Part shown: piece after piece, positions 28,012 to 41,759 of the stretch
Layout: each line of letters starts with the position of its first letter
Position numbering within the stretch: the stretch's first letter is position 1
Origin: Octopus vulgaris
Taxonomy: Eukaryota
Reading direction: 5' to 3'
NCBI GenBank assembly: GCA_951406725.2
Contig: OX597827.1
Location: 81,530,001-81,594,000 of the forward strand
Length of the DNA stretch: 64,000 nucleotides
Program-made: the position numbers and the translations under genes
The notes under the pieces: model-generated
Seen by the model: the letters and a program-made list of their open reading frames with translations, nothing else
What the model was told of the DNA's origin: nothing
Databases searched by the model: none

Positions 28012-29840
28012 AAATATATACACACAGAAACATATAGACACACACACGTGTGTGTGTGTGTGTATGTTTTGTGTACGTGAATGTCACTGCATGCGTATAT
28101 ATGTGGTAGGCGTGTATGTGGGTGTATATATAACTTTATACACTGTAAGCTATCTGCTGTAAAGTGAGAGTTATGTTTTACTAAACCTTGCAAAGAGGTG
28201 GAGGCCACAGAACAGTCTTCCTCCCCCCCCCTACCCCCCCTTAATTCTCCTTCTTTTATGCTACTTCATCATTTCTGTCTCATCTTAAGACTTGCTATGT
28301 CTCAACATTGTAATTACTCACCTACTTACGTCCCTCCCTCCCTCTCCTCCTCCTCTCTCTCTTGCCTTTCCTATGTTTATATGTATATACATACATATAT
28401 ATGTATGCATATATATATGTATGCATATATATACACACACATACATATATATATATACACACACACATATATAAATGTACACATATATATATATATATAT
28501 ACACATAAATGTATACACATACATATATATATACACACACATATATATATATATACACATACATAGATATATATACATATATATATGGATATATGTATGT
28601 ATACATATATAGATAGCTATGTATATATGTACATACATACATGTATGCATATATATATATATATATACACACATATATATATGTATATAAATATATATAT
28701 ATTAATGATTATATATGCATGTATATATGTACATATAAATGTAAATGTATATATATATGTACACACACGCACACACATACACACACCCATACATGTGCAA
28801 ACACACATATTTATATACATACATACAAGTATGAATATATACATATAATGTATCATCTATTAAATATGTTAATTCTTCATCAACCACAGTGCTGCCATCT
28901 GCAATTCTCCACCATCATTCAAACTGCTAGACATAGTAGCTTAATCTCCCTCAAACTCACTATACAAAGTTGATAAGGTAGTTCAAGATATACTTTTTAA
29001 AATGTTGGAATAGTCATGGTTGGAATTAGGGTTAGGGTCAATTTGGCTCGACCTGATGTTTCACAACAACAATAACAACAAACCAGAATTATTAGTTATT
29101 GCACTTTCATAGTAGCTGGGCATAGAGAGAGGGAGAGAGAGAGAGACTCCAATACTATTTATGTTCTATAGTCAATAGTATGTGGTAGGTAGAAACCTTG
29201 TAATCCTTCTAATGTTGGCTATAATGCCTCTAATATACTGATCTATAATATTTCCTGTGTTGACCATACAAGACCTCATAAGGGATTCTAATAATGTTTT
29301 GAATTCTTGACATAAGGCCAGCAATTTCAGGAGTGAGTCGATTAGACTGACCCCAGTGTTCAGCTGGTACTTATTTTATCATCCCTGAAAGGATGAAAGG
29401 CAAAGTTGACCTCAGTGGAATTTGAACTGACAAAATTCTATGATAATAGCGAGTTTATTATAGACCATGCTCAGGTGTGCCACAACTCATCAAGTGGAGA
29501 AGGACGGCAATAAAAGCTAAAAGTTCCTGCATAAAACAAAGAATAAAACACAAAAGGTGAACATTAAAAGGGCCTTAAAGAGGGAAGCATGTAAAGGTAC
29601 GTAGGGAGATAGCAAATTTTGAGAAGCCTGGATATTCTGAAGGATGTAATGTACTGGCAGTTAACACCTGATATGAGCAATTCTGTGCTTAGTCAATTCT
29701 GAGCCTGCAAAAATGATCCTCAGACGCATGGGTGTTGTCTGTTTTGGGATTTTGTAAGCCTGTCACATGTCTTAGAGATATTGGTTGCAAATGTTGGCAC
29801 AAGGCCAGCAATTCAGGGGGAGGGGATAAGTCGATTACAT

Positions 29841-30129
29841 CAGTGCTTCTCAAACTATCTGATGTGGTGTACTGGCAGCTTTTTTCCCAATGTGCCAAAG
29901 ATTGGTAATATTTCTTAGTAATATTAATTTATACCGGAAACAATATATATAATGAATATAATAAAAGTTGACAATTTTTTTTATCTTACATTTATTTTGT
30001 AAACAAATAATACAATATTACTTAAGTATTTTATAATGTTTCTTTCTTTTCTGGAAACTTGCCATGTCCCAGCAGCTGATGGCTCATGGACTGGCACCGG
30101 TCCACAGACTACCACTTTGAGTAGCACTG
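29841..30129. mobile_element. hAT (Charlie-like) MITE inserted in a family B SINE
   Basis: TIRs CAGTGCTTCTCAAA and TTTGAGTAGCACTG. Perfect 8-bp TSD GATTACAT at 29833-29840 and 30130-30137. Confidence 0.9.
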
Positions 30130-30462
30130 GATTACATCAACCCCAGGGCTCAACTGGGACTTCTTTTATGGATCCTGAAATGATGAAAGGCAAAGCCAAC
30201 TTTGGCAGAATTTGAAACCAGAACGTAAAGACAGGTGAAATACTGCTAATTACTTTGCCTGGTGCAGTAACGATTCTGCCTTAATATGTCTTTGAGATAC
30301 TAAATACAAAAAGGTAGCCAAAAATTGTTGGAAAACTGGTGAATAGTCTTTGGAGCTTCTGTTAAATCAACTGTTTGATATCAAATGTTTATTATTCTGA
30401 TGCTCAGAGATATAAGACATAAGATATAGGTCACTATCAACTATCAACATTAAAGGATTGTG

Positions 30463-30814
30463 CAATTCTATATTTAAGGGATGAAGAATTTACATTATTT
30501 ACATTTGACAGATATCTGGCCTCATCTTGTTTGTTGCTAACACAACGTTTTGGTTGATATTTCTTCCAGCCTTCATCAGGAAATTTTGAACCTGGGTTCT
30601 CATTCCTAAGGTATTTTTCGATTCCAGGCAGTGACCTGAATAATAATAATAATGATGATGATGATGATGATGATATCGAAAAATACCTTAGGAATGAGAA
30701 CCCAGGTTCGAAATTTCCCCCAAGATACCTGATGAAGGCAGGAGGGTATATCAGCCGAAATGTGTTAAAAACAAACAAGATGAGGACAAATATCCGTCAA
30801 ATGTAAATAATGTT
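30463..30814. mobile_element. Penelope-like inverted terminal-repeat insertion with hammerhead-like cores
   Basis: Inverted arms ~30492-30622 and ~30675-30813. Flanking 13-bp direct repeat ttaaaggattgtg (30450-30462 and 30815-30827). CTGATGA-aggcag...cagcc-GAAA at 30729-30760. Confidence 0.7.
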
Positions 30815-30959
30815 TTAAAGGATTGTGTTGCACATTTACTATCATTTAGCACGTGATTATAGAACTTGGGTACTATTAGGTGTCATAGCAAACTATGATA
30901 TTACTGTAATGTCAGAGTTACTATGACATTGAAGTACCTTGGTAATGATGGACCAGATT

Positions 30960-31425
30960 GGTGGGTGGCTGGGTAAGAAGCTTACTTTGCAAACATGGGG
31001 ATTAAAGTTCAATCCTTCTATGCAATTACCTTGAGCAAGTTTCTTCAGCCTTAACCTTGAGTTAACCAATACATAGTGATGTGACACCTGAAACAGGTGT
31101 CTTCAACTAATGTCTTGGGCTGACCAAAGCACTGTGAGAGGATTCAAGCCCATCGTATACAGGTGTGTGTGTGTGTGTGTGCACGCGCGTGCATGCATAT
31201 GAGTGACTTTGTGTCTGTGTTTCTCCACCACCACCACTACCATTTGACAACCAGTGTTGGTGTGTTTACATCCCCATAGCAAAAGACACCAACAGAGTAA
31301 GTACCAGGCTTAAAAAAACTAAAAAAAAACCAATTACTGGGGTTGATTTATCGACTAAAATTCTTTAAGAATGGTGCCCCAGTATGGCCACAGTCTAATG
31401 ATTGAAACAAGTGAAAGAAAAGATA
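30960..31425 (+). mobile_element. SINE family A, diverged
   Basis: Head ggctgggtaagaagcttac and tail ggtgccccagtatggccacagtctaatgattgaaacaag. Confidence 0.65.
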
Positions 31426-33358
31426 TATATATGCATACATACATACATGATTGTAACTTAATGTGTTCACTCAACCATGTCGGCCCTCTTTTTAGGTGCA
31501 AAATATACTGTCATGTGACATTAACACATGGATGCAGCAGGAAATTTAAAAAAGGTTATAAACTGAGTCATGTGTTCATTCCCTACAAACAGTTGACAGA
31601 AAACATTCAGAGCATTGATTGTTAGGATATTTTCAGTCAACCGAGTCAGCCTTAACTTACCACACAAAACATTGTCACTTGATACTAACACATGGATGTA
31701 GCGGGAACGTGCAAAACTTTCTAAGGCCAGTCATGTGACCAATCAAATCCTATTCAAAACATTTACTAATTTGAGCCATGAATTCCCTATAGAAATATGG
31801 CAAGCTTCAAACACAAGTCAGAAGCAAGACGACTGCAACATAAGCCATGTCTTTCTATTTGAACTGTTTGACAATCAGTGTAAATTGTGAAACCGGTTAA
31901 AGCATTAAATATTATAATAATAATAAATATTTTAATTTTTCTCAGTGCATTTTCAACTTCTATTTTTCCTACATACATATCACACACACACACACACATA
32001 GAGAGAGAGATACATACATGAGCACATTGATACACAAACACAGACACACACATACATATCCATAATATATACACAGACAAATTCCTTATTGATATCCACC
32101 ATTCTCTCTCACAATTACCCATCTCTATCATCATCCATCATTTGATTTTACTCTTACACAAGCAAACTACCATTACTGTCTCTCATCCATTACTCCTGCC
32201 GTCATTATCTCTCTTCCATTTCACACCCCTCAATTACTCTAATCTTCTGTTACAATGTAGAAAGTAGACGGTGATCTAACATTCAATGCACTGCCTGTCA
32301 TTATATAAAGTGGTCAGTGGTTGAGAAGACAAAATGCATGGTCAAGAGGAGCATTTAGTCCGGTTGAAGATATGACAATCGCTCTTAAGTTGATTTCACT
32401 ACCACTCTCAGACAGAGTATTCTGAGCATATACTGGAAAAGGGTTGTAGTGATCTACGTAGCTAAATAGCTGAATGATCTCCCTTGCAAGAAAGATTACA
32501 GAGTAACCACCCTTTTCTAAGTTTCTTGAAGCATCTGTGTCATGAGATGATTCTTAATTATTCAAGAAGCTTAGTGTTTCTGTTGCAAGTTCTAGACAGT
32601 CAAGCATTCCATTAATAAAAACAGCTTGCTAACCCTGCTCTTCACTTCTTAGTCAATTAGACTTAGAGCCGTTCACATCATTGCTATGTCCATCTATTTC
32701 TCTACACGCCATAACTAAAAATCATCACTTAGCTGTTATTTCTACATTTTCTATCTCTGAACTTTCTTGCATAGATTACTTCATTCAACTAGATGCTACT
32801 TATTGATTCTATGTATCGTCATCGACCAGTAAATAAAATACATTTTTATGTAGTAAATACAGAAGTCTTGGATTTATTCTTCATCTCTTTATGAGCTACT
32901 GTAATAACATAGATACAACCACATCAACACCTTGTACTAACTATATATTCCACTACAGGGTCAATGAAGAAAAGAGAGACAGCGGGGTGCTGTAGGTGAG
33001 GTCAGACGCAGAGTGAAATGAGGGCATCCTAGCTACCATCACTACCATCAGTTTAAACTCTCTTTACTCTATGCTTACATAAGAATATTCCCTAACCCTC
33101 TACATCACTGGTTGTCCCAACCCCTTGTTAGCTCTTTTGTGCAGTTCAATATCTTCAGATCAGTCTTCACCAATTTCATTTTTTGTTTTTCTCCTTTTCC
33201 CCTTCCATAAGTCCCAGCCATTTCACTTTTCCGCTTCTTATAACCGCAATCATCTTCCGTATGCCTCACCTACCCAGACCAGCTCCCTTATCTCTCTGAT
33301 ACACTTCAAGTGATTAAATTTTTATCCAGTTTTCTCTCATTCCTTTGTATTCTGGCCC

Positions 33359-33660
33359 CAGGGCTAGATTAACCATTAAACAAAATGAGCATGTGCGTAG
33401 GACATGAAGAGAAGACGGTGGACACCACAGAAATGGTAAATGGTTTACAACACAAAAGAAATCATTTCAAACTTGCTAAAATAGCATTCAAAGTGGTTTA
33501 TCTGATCAGAAATATAATTTCAAAATATTCATGATGTCATAGTGAGGATCTGATCAAAGACTTTGCAATTAATAAAAGAAGTAGAAAACTTTTCAAATCT
33601 AATTAAAGTGGAAATATACAAAAATAAACATTATTTTTCACCTCACTGCTAGTTTTGTTC
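33359..33660 (+). mobile_element. Partial non-autonomous hAT element, same family as 58911-59334 in the opposite orientation
   Basis: Begins cagggctagattaaccattaa. Shares gaggatctgatcaaa.actttgcaatt with the reverse complement of ~59100-59150. Confidence 0.6.
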
Positions 33661-34304
33661 CATTTGGAAACATTTCTTTTATTGCTTATCATTTTTTATA
33701 TTTTGAATTACACATGTAGGGCCTGACTCTGACATTCATGCAAACTAACATTACAACAGACTTTGGCCACTTCATTTCTTTCAAGCCACAACTCCTCTGC
33801 AGACAAGAAGCACAACTCACTACCATGTAACATCACACTCCAAGTTCACACAATCTGCCCTTCATTCTGATAAGAGGCCCTTTCTTGCCAGCAGAGGTTA
33901 TAGCTCCCAGATTGTGTGTGTGTGTGTGTGTGTGTTTGTAGATCTTGTGAGGGTCATTTTTACAATCAAAACTCAGTTCTGGAGCAGATTATTAATGAGC
34001 ACTTTAATGGCAATGAATGAACTTTTTGGTCAAGCAATCAAATTAGATAACTGGTTAATTATTTAACTAGGTGAATAATAATAATTGTTTCTAACAGAAA
34101 CACAACACAAGGAATTTTGTGAGTAGGGGTTCCGTTGATTAAGTAAAAGCTACCACTTGACTATTTACTTTATCAACCCCAGGAAGAGGAAAAGCATAAT
34201 TGACCATGGCAAGGTTTGAACACAGAAAATAAAAGTCAGTGCAAAACATTTTATTCATCACTCTCCAGCATTAGAAGCTGTGCAAAGGAAATAATAATAA
34301 TGAT

Positions 34305-34852
34305 AATCTTCAAATCCCAATTTCTGGCACATTTTCCAGAAATGGGGATTTGAAGGGAACAATCATCAAGTCGAAAGAGTACTAAAGTTGGAGAAATGTA
34401 AGATCTTGTGGGACTTTCCTCTTCAAACAGACAAGAAGTCAGAAAACAATAGACCAGATATTACAATCATGGATAAGGAAAAATGAAGTTGCTTGTCTAT
34501 CAACCCATCATGCCCTTTTGATTCTAGGATCATAAAGAAAGAGGAAGAAAAACAAAGAAAATACACTCCCCTAAAATTTGTACTAGGAAGAACAGTAAAG
34601 GTCAAGCCTCTAATAATCGGTGCATTGGGGACAGTATATAAAGATAAAGACAGATGGCTGAAGGAGATTGAATTAGAATGCCCGGTAGAGCTCCTACAAA
34701 AAGTTTGTCTGTCAGGGACAGTAAAGATTATCAGGAGGGTTCTAAGCACTTGAAAGACAGCTGAAAACCTGTGGATACCTATAGTTACAGGCAGTAAACT
34801 GCTATTCACATAATCCTTATCAGGAATAACACCCAACCTGAGAGAAACCAAA
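34305..34852 (+). mobile_element. 5'-truncated R4/Dong-like non-LTR retrotransposon (restriction-like endonuclease domain) in a (TAA)n tract
   Basis: KILWDFPLQTDKKSENNRPDITI...SCPFD...KEEEKQRKY.PL...PLIIGALG...ELLQKVCLSGTVKIIRRVL matches the R4-clade RLE C-terminus. Flanked on both sides by (TAA)n, the known Dong target. Confidence 0.8.
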
Positions 34853-35300
34853 ATAATAATAATAATAATGATAATAACATGCTCTGATGCAATACCAGGA
34901 GAGGAATTCAAAGGATTGCTTTGGTCCAACGGTAGAAATTCTGTCATCTTTATAGAAGATGTGGGCTCAAGTGCCATGGGTAGCCCTTGATTTTTTTCTA
35001 TCCAAAGAGTTTTCAACCCAATATTTATAAGTTATTATTTATAGCATTAATTAAATTCTTCTGAGGTCGACTTTGCCTTTCATCCTTTTGGGATCAATAA
35101 AATAATTACCAGCTGAACACTGAGGTTGATGGATCACTTTAGCCCTTCCCCAGAGTTGCTGGCCTTGTGCCAATAGAAGAAAGGATTATTCATAGTATTT
35201 ATGTACTCTGAGATCTAAGTCCAAAAAAGATGTACATACATACTAGAATGGCTGGTCCCTCTGTTGAATCAATACATATATGTTAGGGCCGTTAAATGTA

Positions 35301-35335
<35 letters not shown>

Positions 35336-35339
35336 GCAT

Positions 35340-37510
35340 TCAATGCACGGGAGAAAGGGAGTCCCCTAGCATTGATCCAACAGAGGGACTAACCATTCTA
35401 GTTGACAACAGTATGATAGACAAGGCAATGATATGAAGACATGGAAGACTGACATGCTTGAAATATCTGGCCTCGTCACTCATTTAGTAAACTGAGTTAT
35501 TCAAGAAGCTGCCATACCCAATGACTGGTGTCGCAGCATTTTAATCAGCTGTTACAAGGGTAAAAGAGTTGCATTAGATAGAAATAATTGCAAGGGTGTC
35601 TAATTGCTGGACTAAGTAATGAAAGATACAGCAAAAGTTATGGCCCAGTCAATTAAAGACAGATTCAGAGTAGATGAGATGCAGTTTGGTTTTGTGCTGG
35701 GGAGAAGTGCTACTGATGCTGTCTTCTTAGTCACACAACTACAGCAGAGGTATTTAGCTCAGAGTTTACTCTGTGATATGGTGGTCTCTGAGAGAGCTGA
35801 GGTAAATAAATGGTTTGTGAAAGTCATACGAGCCATGTTCAGGAGTGCTGTCAGTAAGGTGAGAGTTGGCCATCAGTAGAGCAATGAATTTAGAGTTCAG
35901 GTAGAAGTTCACAAAGGCTTGGTTATCAGTCCCCTCCTGTTTGTTATTGTCTTTGACAGAGGAATTTAAAATTGGCTGCCCCTGGGAACTAGAATATGCT
36001 GATGATCTTGTTCTCATAGCAGAATCTATAATCGAATTAGCAAAGAAATTTCAGGTGTGAAAGCAAAACTAGGAATCATATGGCCTTAAACTTAACTTGC
36101 CAAACACCAAAGTTATGGTGAACAGGTAAACAGACAGGATTTTACTTCCTTCAGGTAATGGCCCTGCTCAATATGTAGGAAAGGAGTAGGCACGAATTCC
36201 ATGTAGTGCATCCAATTCAAACAATGGAGACATAAAATGTACACAGGACCATTAATGGAGAAAGAAGATTTTGTATGTGGAAGATGCACAGGAGCCATAA
36301 ACTGTACATCTATCCAGCAATCTATTTATTTATCTGGACTCCTGCATAGATTAACTGCTTCATTTGTTGGGTATATAAACAGTGGCTGCTTGTTTCTCTG
36401 GAGACTGTCAGAATGATGTAGTCACCTCTGATGAGAACCCAATAAGGTTTGAAAATCAATTAAGTTTGTTCATCACTTTCTCAGTCTGTAGAGAAATGAC
36501 CAAAATTTTCCCTGTTTATAACTACACCATATGTTACACATATCTATCTGTATAGCTTTATATCTATCTCTCTATTTGTCTTTATATCTGACTATCTATG
36601 TAAGGATGCATGGGAAATAATTTTTTCTGAATGCCCGAGAGTTTCCTTAAAGATACTAACTAGTTTCTGTTGGCCAGGTGACCTAATTAGCAATGGAGGA
36701 GGAGAATGTTCTGAATGTATGGCTGCTAGAATATGAACTGGGTGGAGGTAGTTCAGAGAGCTGTTACCTCCTGGCAAAAGAAAGGTCTCTTTCTCTCTGT
36801 CTCTCAGAGTGAAAGGCAGATTGTATGATGTTTTTCTACAAACAGAAATGGTACATGATACTGAGACTTGGACCCTGAATACAGAGAACATCCAAAGACT
36901 AGAAAGGAATGAAGTTGATAGGCTCTGTTGGTTTTGCAACATCAGGGTGCAAGGGTGCATGCATGACTAACTTGTAATGTATTAAGAGAAAAATTAAGCC
37001 TAAGAGGAATCAGATGTAGTACACAAGAGAGAAGACTGCACTGGTCTGGACTGGTTTAATTATACATTTCTTTATTGTCCACAGGGGGCTAAACATAGAA
37101 GGGACAAACAAAGGATTAAGTCAATTACATCAACCCCAGTGTGTAACTGGTACTTATTTAATTGACCCGTGAGGATGAAAGGCAAAGTCGACCTCAGCAG
37201 AATTTGAACTCAGAACATAATGGCAAATGAAATACCGCTGAGCATTTTGCTCGGCGTGCTAACGATTCTGCCAGCTCGCCTGGTTTAATTATATGATGTG
37301 TATAAATAAGAACAGCTGCATTAAAAAGAGCAGGTCACAAAAGTGAATGGAACTTGTAGGAAAGGTAAGCCCAGAAAAACATGTGAGGAAGTGGTGAGGA
37401 TTGATCTCAGGATGCTGAATCTCACAGAATGGAAGACAAAGGACAGAGATGATTGGCCATTTGCTCTGCTCAAGAAAATCCAAACATCACAGCAAAAATG
37501 ATGCCCTAAA
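35340..37510 (+). pseudogene. Decayed RTE-clade LINE ORF, interrupted by a PLE-like fragment (~36300-36600) and a family B SINE
   Basis: Fragments IPNDWCRSILISCYKGK, DEMQFGFVLGRSATDAVFLVTQLQQRYL, LEYADDLVL, LSLRVKGRLY and DLRMLNLTE. Confidence 0.85.
37065..37280 (-). mobile_element. SINE family B with target-site duplication
   Basis: Flanked by direct repeat tggtttaattata (37052-37064 and 37281-37293). Confidence 0.85.
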
Positions 37511-38347
37511 ACCATTTCAGTGATACTCACATGTGCATGGCCTGCTCCTTCATCCTTTTAGTCTCATCAAGCATTCCCTGCATTTCATTCCCTATCACCC
37601 ATCACTCTGCTATCTATGGCACTGCTTGACCGTTCTTCCTTCCTTCCTTTTCACACTATTTCCACTGACCACCTCCTTTCAGAGCCTTCAGGCATTTCAC
37701 TTTCACTTCTGCCATTCTTCATCTTAACACCTTCCACCCATATCTGATATCATTCTCAATGCCCTCTCATATCTGCCAACATACCCCACTCAGTATAGCC
37801 ACCCTTAAGTACCCTACATCTCCATCTCCACCACTCCTGCACCTCACATAATACCCTCCTTTGTGTGTGTGCGCATGTGTGTATGTGTGTGTACATGGTG
37901 TTTAGGTAAATATTTGACAGTCTGCATGATGGGGAAAGGAAAAACAGTAACCCCATCCAGAAATAAAAACATTTAAAAAAATCCAAAATTATCCACTAGA
38001 TGATTATGGCTGAAAGCTAACAGTTGATTCAAAGTTGCCATCCTTAGCCTCCACCACAGCCTTGAAATGGTTCTGGAACTTGGCATATGCATTTCTCACT
38101 GTGTCCTTGGGGAGAGTCTTCAAACACTGCCTTGATCTTGGTCACCAGCTCAGGTTTGATGTTGCAGGTAGAAGCACTTGATGTCTCTCTCATCTGCAGC
38201 CTACACCTGGTAATCCATGGAATTACAATTGGGGGATTAGGAGAGCAGAAATTGGGGCTGGTAGTAAAGTTATAGAAATTCTCCTACAACCACTTCTGAC
38301 TCTTCTTAGAAGCGAGTATGAAAAGGTGTCAAATCCTAATGCCATAC

Positions 38348-39607
38348 ATTTTAGCACAAGGCCAGCATTTTCAAGGGAGGGATTGAAGGTTGAATTGATT
38401 ACATCAGCTCCAGAGCTCAACTGGTCCTTATTTTACTGACCTCAAGAGGATGGAAGACAAAGCTGACCTCAGCAGAATTTGAACTCAGAATATAACAACA
38501 GACAAAATGCCGCTAAGCTTTTGTCCAGTCTGCTAATGATTCTGCCAGCTCACCACTTTCAATCAACTTTCAATATTAACCATTTTCCCATCAATATCCA
38601 AAACTATGATGGCATTGAGGGAAAGGGTGACCAGAGAATTCTTGATTCTTCAACTTGTTTTTCCCATCTCCTTTGGAGTTGGTCCCAGTTGGCACCAAGT
38701 AATTTGTCTACCATCCCTGGAAGCAGAGAAAATTTCAATAAAGCATCTACAGCTGGATGCCCTTCCTAATGCCAAACACTCTGAGAGTGTAGTGGGTGCT
38801 TTTTATGTGCCACCGGCACAAGAGCCAGTCAGGTGGGCCTGGCATCGATCACATTGATATAGTGTTTTTTACGTGCCACCGGCATGGGAGCCACTGAAGG
38901 GGTACTGGCGTCAGCCATGTTTGGATGGTGCTTTTTACATGCCACTGGCACAGGAGCCGGTTAAGGGGTACTGGCATCAGGCATGTTTGGATGGTGCTTT
39001 TTACATGCCACCAGCATGGGAGCCAATGGCATTGGCCACATTTGGATGGTGCTTTTTACACGCCACTGGCATGGTAGCCAGTCAGGTGGCCCTGTCATCG
39101 ATCATGTTCGGATGGCATCGATCACATTCGGGTACATACCTATGTATATATATACATATGCACACACACATAAATGAGGTTATGTTAAGTACTGTTCAAG
39201 ATATATTCTTGCTTTATTGAAATTTTCTCTGCTTCCAGGGATGGTAGACAAATTACTTGGTGCCAACTGGGACCAACTCCAAAGGAGATGGGAAAACCAA
39301 GTTGAAGAATCAAGAATTCTCTGGTCACCCTTTCCCTCAATGCCATCATAGTTTTGGATATTGATGGGAAAATGGTTAATATTGAAAGTTGATTGAAAGT
39401 GGTGAGCTGGCAGAATCATTAGCAGACTGGACAAAAGCTTAGCGGCATTTTGTCTGTTGTTATATTCTGAGTTCAAATTCTGCTGAGGTCAGCTTTGTCT
39501 TCCATCCTCTTGAGGTCAGTAAAATAAGGACCAGTTGAGCTCTGGGGTTGATGTAATCAATTTAACCTTCAATCCCTCCCTTGAAAATGCTGGCCTTGTG
39601 CTAAAAT
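38348..39607. repeat. Long near-perfect inverted duplication (arms 38348-38745 and 39210-39607)
   Basis: ORFs 38479+ and 39180- are nearly identical. The ~398-bp arms show only about 4 mismatches by eye. Confidence 0.95.
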
Positions 39608-40281
39608 TTGAAACCAATATTGTAAGTTAATGACTGCAGAAATAACATGGAGCAAAGAGAAACCTCTGGAAGTGAGACACCATAAGAAGAAAGAACTGGG
39701 TACAATGATTAGGGCCTGGCCTGAGAATGGGGATTTAAATACATTGGTAAGTGGTAGTAGCTCATGATGGGTGGACCCTAGAGTAAAAGTAGAAAGACAG
39801 AGAGAGAGGACCAAGGATATATGTGTACCAGTTTCATATGCTTCTAAGAAGCAGCACATCTATTGTATATCTTACTGTCCCCACCTTTAATACTGTAAGA
39901 TAGAAACCCCATAAATCCAACACTGTAAGTCAGTCCCTACTGCCAATAACATAATACAATCCTACAATCCCCATGGCAAATATATTGTACATCAGACAGC
40001 ACTAATCTCAAATATTTTAATACAATCACCAGATTTAAGATTGGATTCGAATTTTGTCCCAAGGCCAGCAACTTTGTGTGAGGGAATAAATCAATTACAT
40101 CAGCCCTAGAACTGAAATTGGTATTTATTTTATTGACCCTGGAAGGATGAAAGGTAAAGTTGACATTGGTGGAATTTGAACTCAGAACGTAGAGAGAGGG
40201 ATGAAATGCTACCAAGCATTTTGCCCAACACACTAACAATTCTACCAGCCCATGACCTTACCACTAGATTTAATCAGCTGA

Positions 40282-40376
40282 TACTGAAATACAGGTCCCT
40301 GCATTAAATACTGAAACACAGGTTCCTACATTAAATACTGAAACACAGGTTGTTACATTAAATATTGCAATACACA
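40282..40376. repeat. 27-bp minisatellite, ~3.5 copies
   Basis: Unit approximately tactgaaacacaggttcctacattaaa. Confidence 0.75.
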
Positions 40377-41759
40377 GAGATGATCTGTCAATGTGAAAGA
40401 GTCCTTTTATTTAAAACTGCAAAACAGGTAGCTTCTTTCTTTAATACCATATTTCATTTCTACCAGTGTTATAATACAAACTGGCCCTATTTTTAGTATT
40501 GTGATGTGAAGAGACCCAACCCTTAATAAGGAAATATAAACAGTCCCTACTTTTAATGCTGTAATACAGGCAGCCTTTTCTTTTATAATGTTACATGGTC
40601 CTTGCTGTTAAAATTTCCACATCACTTGTGTATAACTTTCATCATTAGTGTTCTAGCTTTTGTTTGAAAATGATTTGCTCCTTATTCTACCGATTTACTG
40701 TGCCATTGATTTGGGCTCACCTCACCACCACCACACTTTAGAAGATATAAATAAACTTTCTTTTATTCACCATATAAAAAGCACTGGTGCTGGTGTCACA
40801 TGAAAAGCACCAAACACACTCTGTAAAGTAGCTGGCATTAGGAAGGGCATCCAGCCATAGAAACCATGCCAAAATAGACAAATAGAACTTGATGTAGCAC
40901 CTGGTCATGCCAGCTGCTCTCAAACCATCCAACCCATGCCAACATGGAAAATGGACATTAAATAATGATGAGGATGATGAGGATTACACCCCATCCCCAC
41001 TCTCACTGCTAGATTTATATAACTGCATACACTACATAAAGAAGACCAGGATTTACAACCACTATACTTATATACGTGTGTGTGTGTGTGTGTGTGCATG
41101 TGTATGTAACATTGTCTCAACCCTATCTCAGCAATTAGAGTACCCAACTCCCCAAGCCCCATCATACACATCAAAACTGTATTTCTTTCACACCCAGGAA
41201 AACTTCTGTTCTGATTACAAGAATACTCCTATGTGGCTGGCATATCAGGAGTACCGAAAACTTGTCCCCATTTGCCTCAGTTCTGACTGATTCCCTTAAC
41301 ACTCATCATATCCAATCTGCCCCTCATTCCAGATCCTGCACTGAATAGCTACCCAATCATTCCTCCCCAGCACTTATTCCTCACTTAAATCCTCCTGCAT
41401 ACATTTGCTGGTATTCTTTATCCCTAAGTGAACCATACCATTGACCTATGATCAAGGGCAATCTTGCTGTCTCTCACAGGATTTTTAAGACTATGAAGGG
41501 CTACACCACGTAAGGTATCCATTCATACATCTAAGAGCAATGAAATAGGGCTAGAGGGAAATTCGGCTGCTATTTCTAGTATGTCAAGCAACTACTTAAA
41601 AGTTTGACCTATTTGTTCACCCTCCACTCTAGTTTTGAACTGAACGTGAATCACATCAGGCTTGGGGGGTGGGGGACAGGGTGTGTTCACTATATCACAC
41701 CCACTGCCCTCCCTCCTTTCCTTCCACAAAACATGCACTACACACACACACATGCATAT

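Noticed and set aside
34423-35016. 197-aa minus-strand ORF
   Set aside because: Antisense shadow of the R4/Dong remnant plus a (TAA)n tract.
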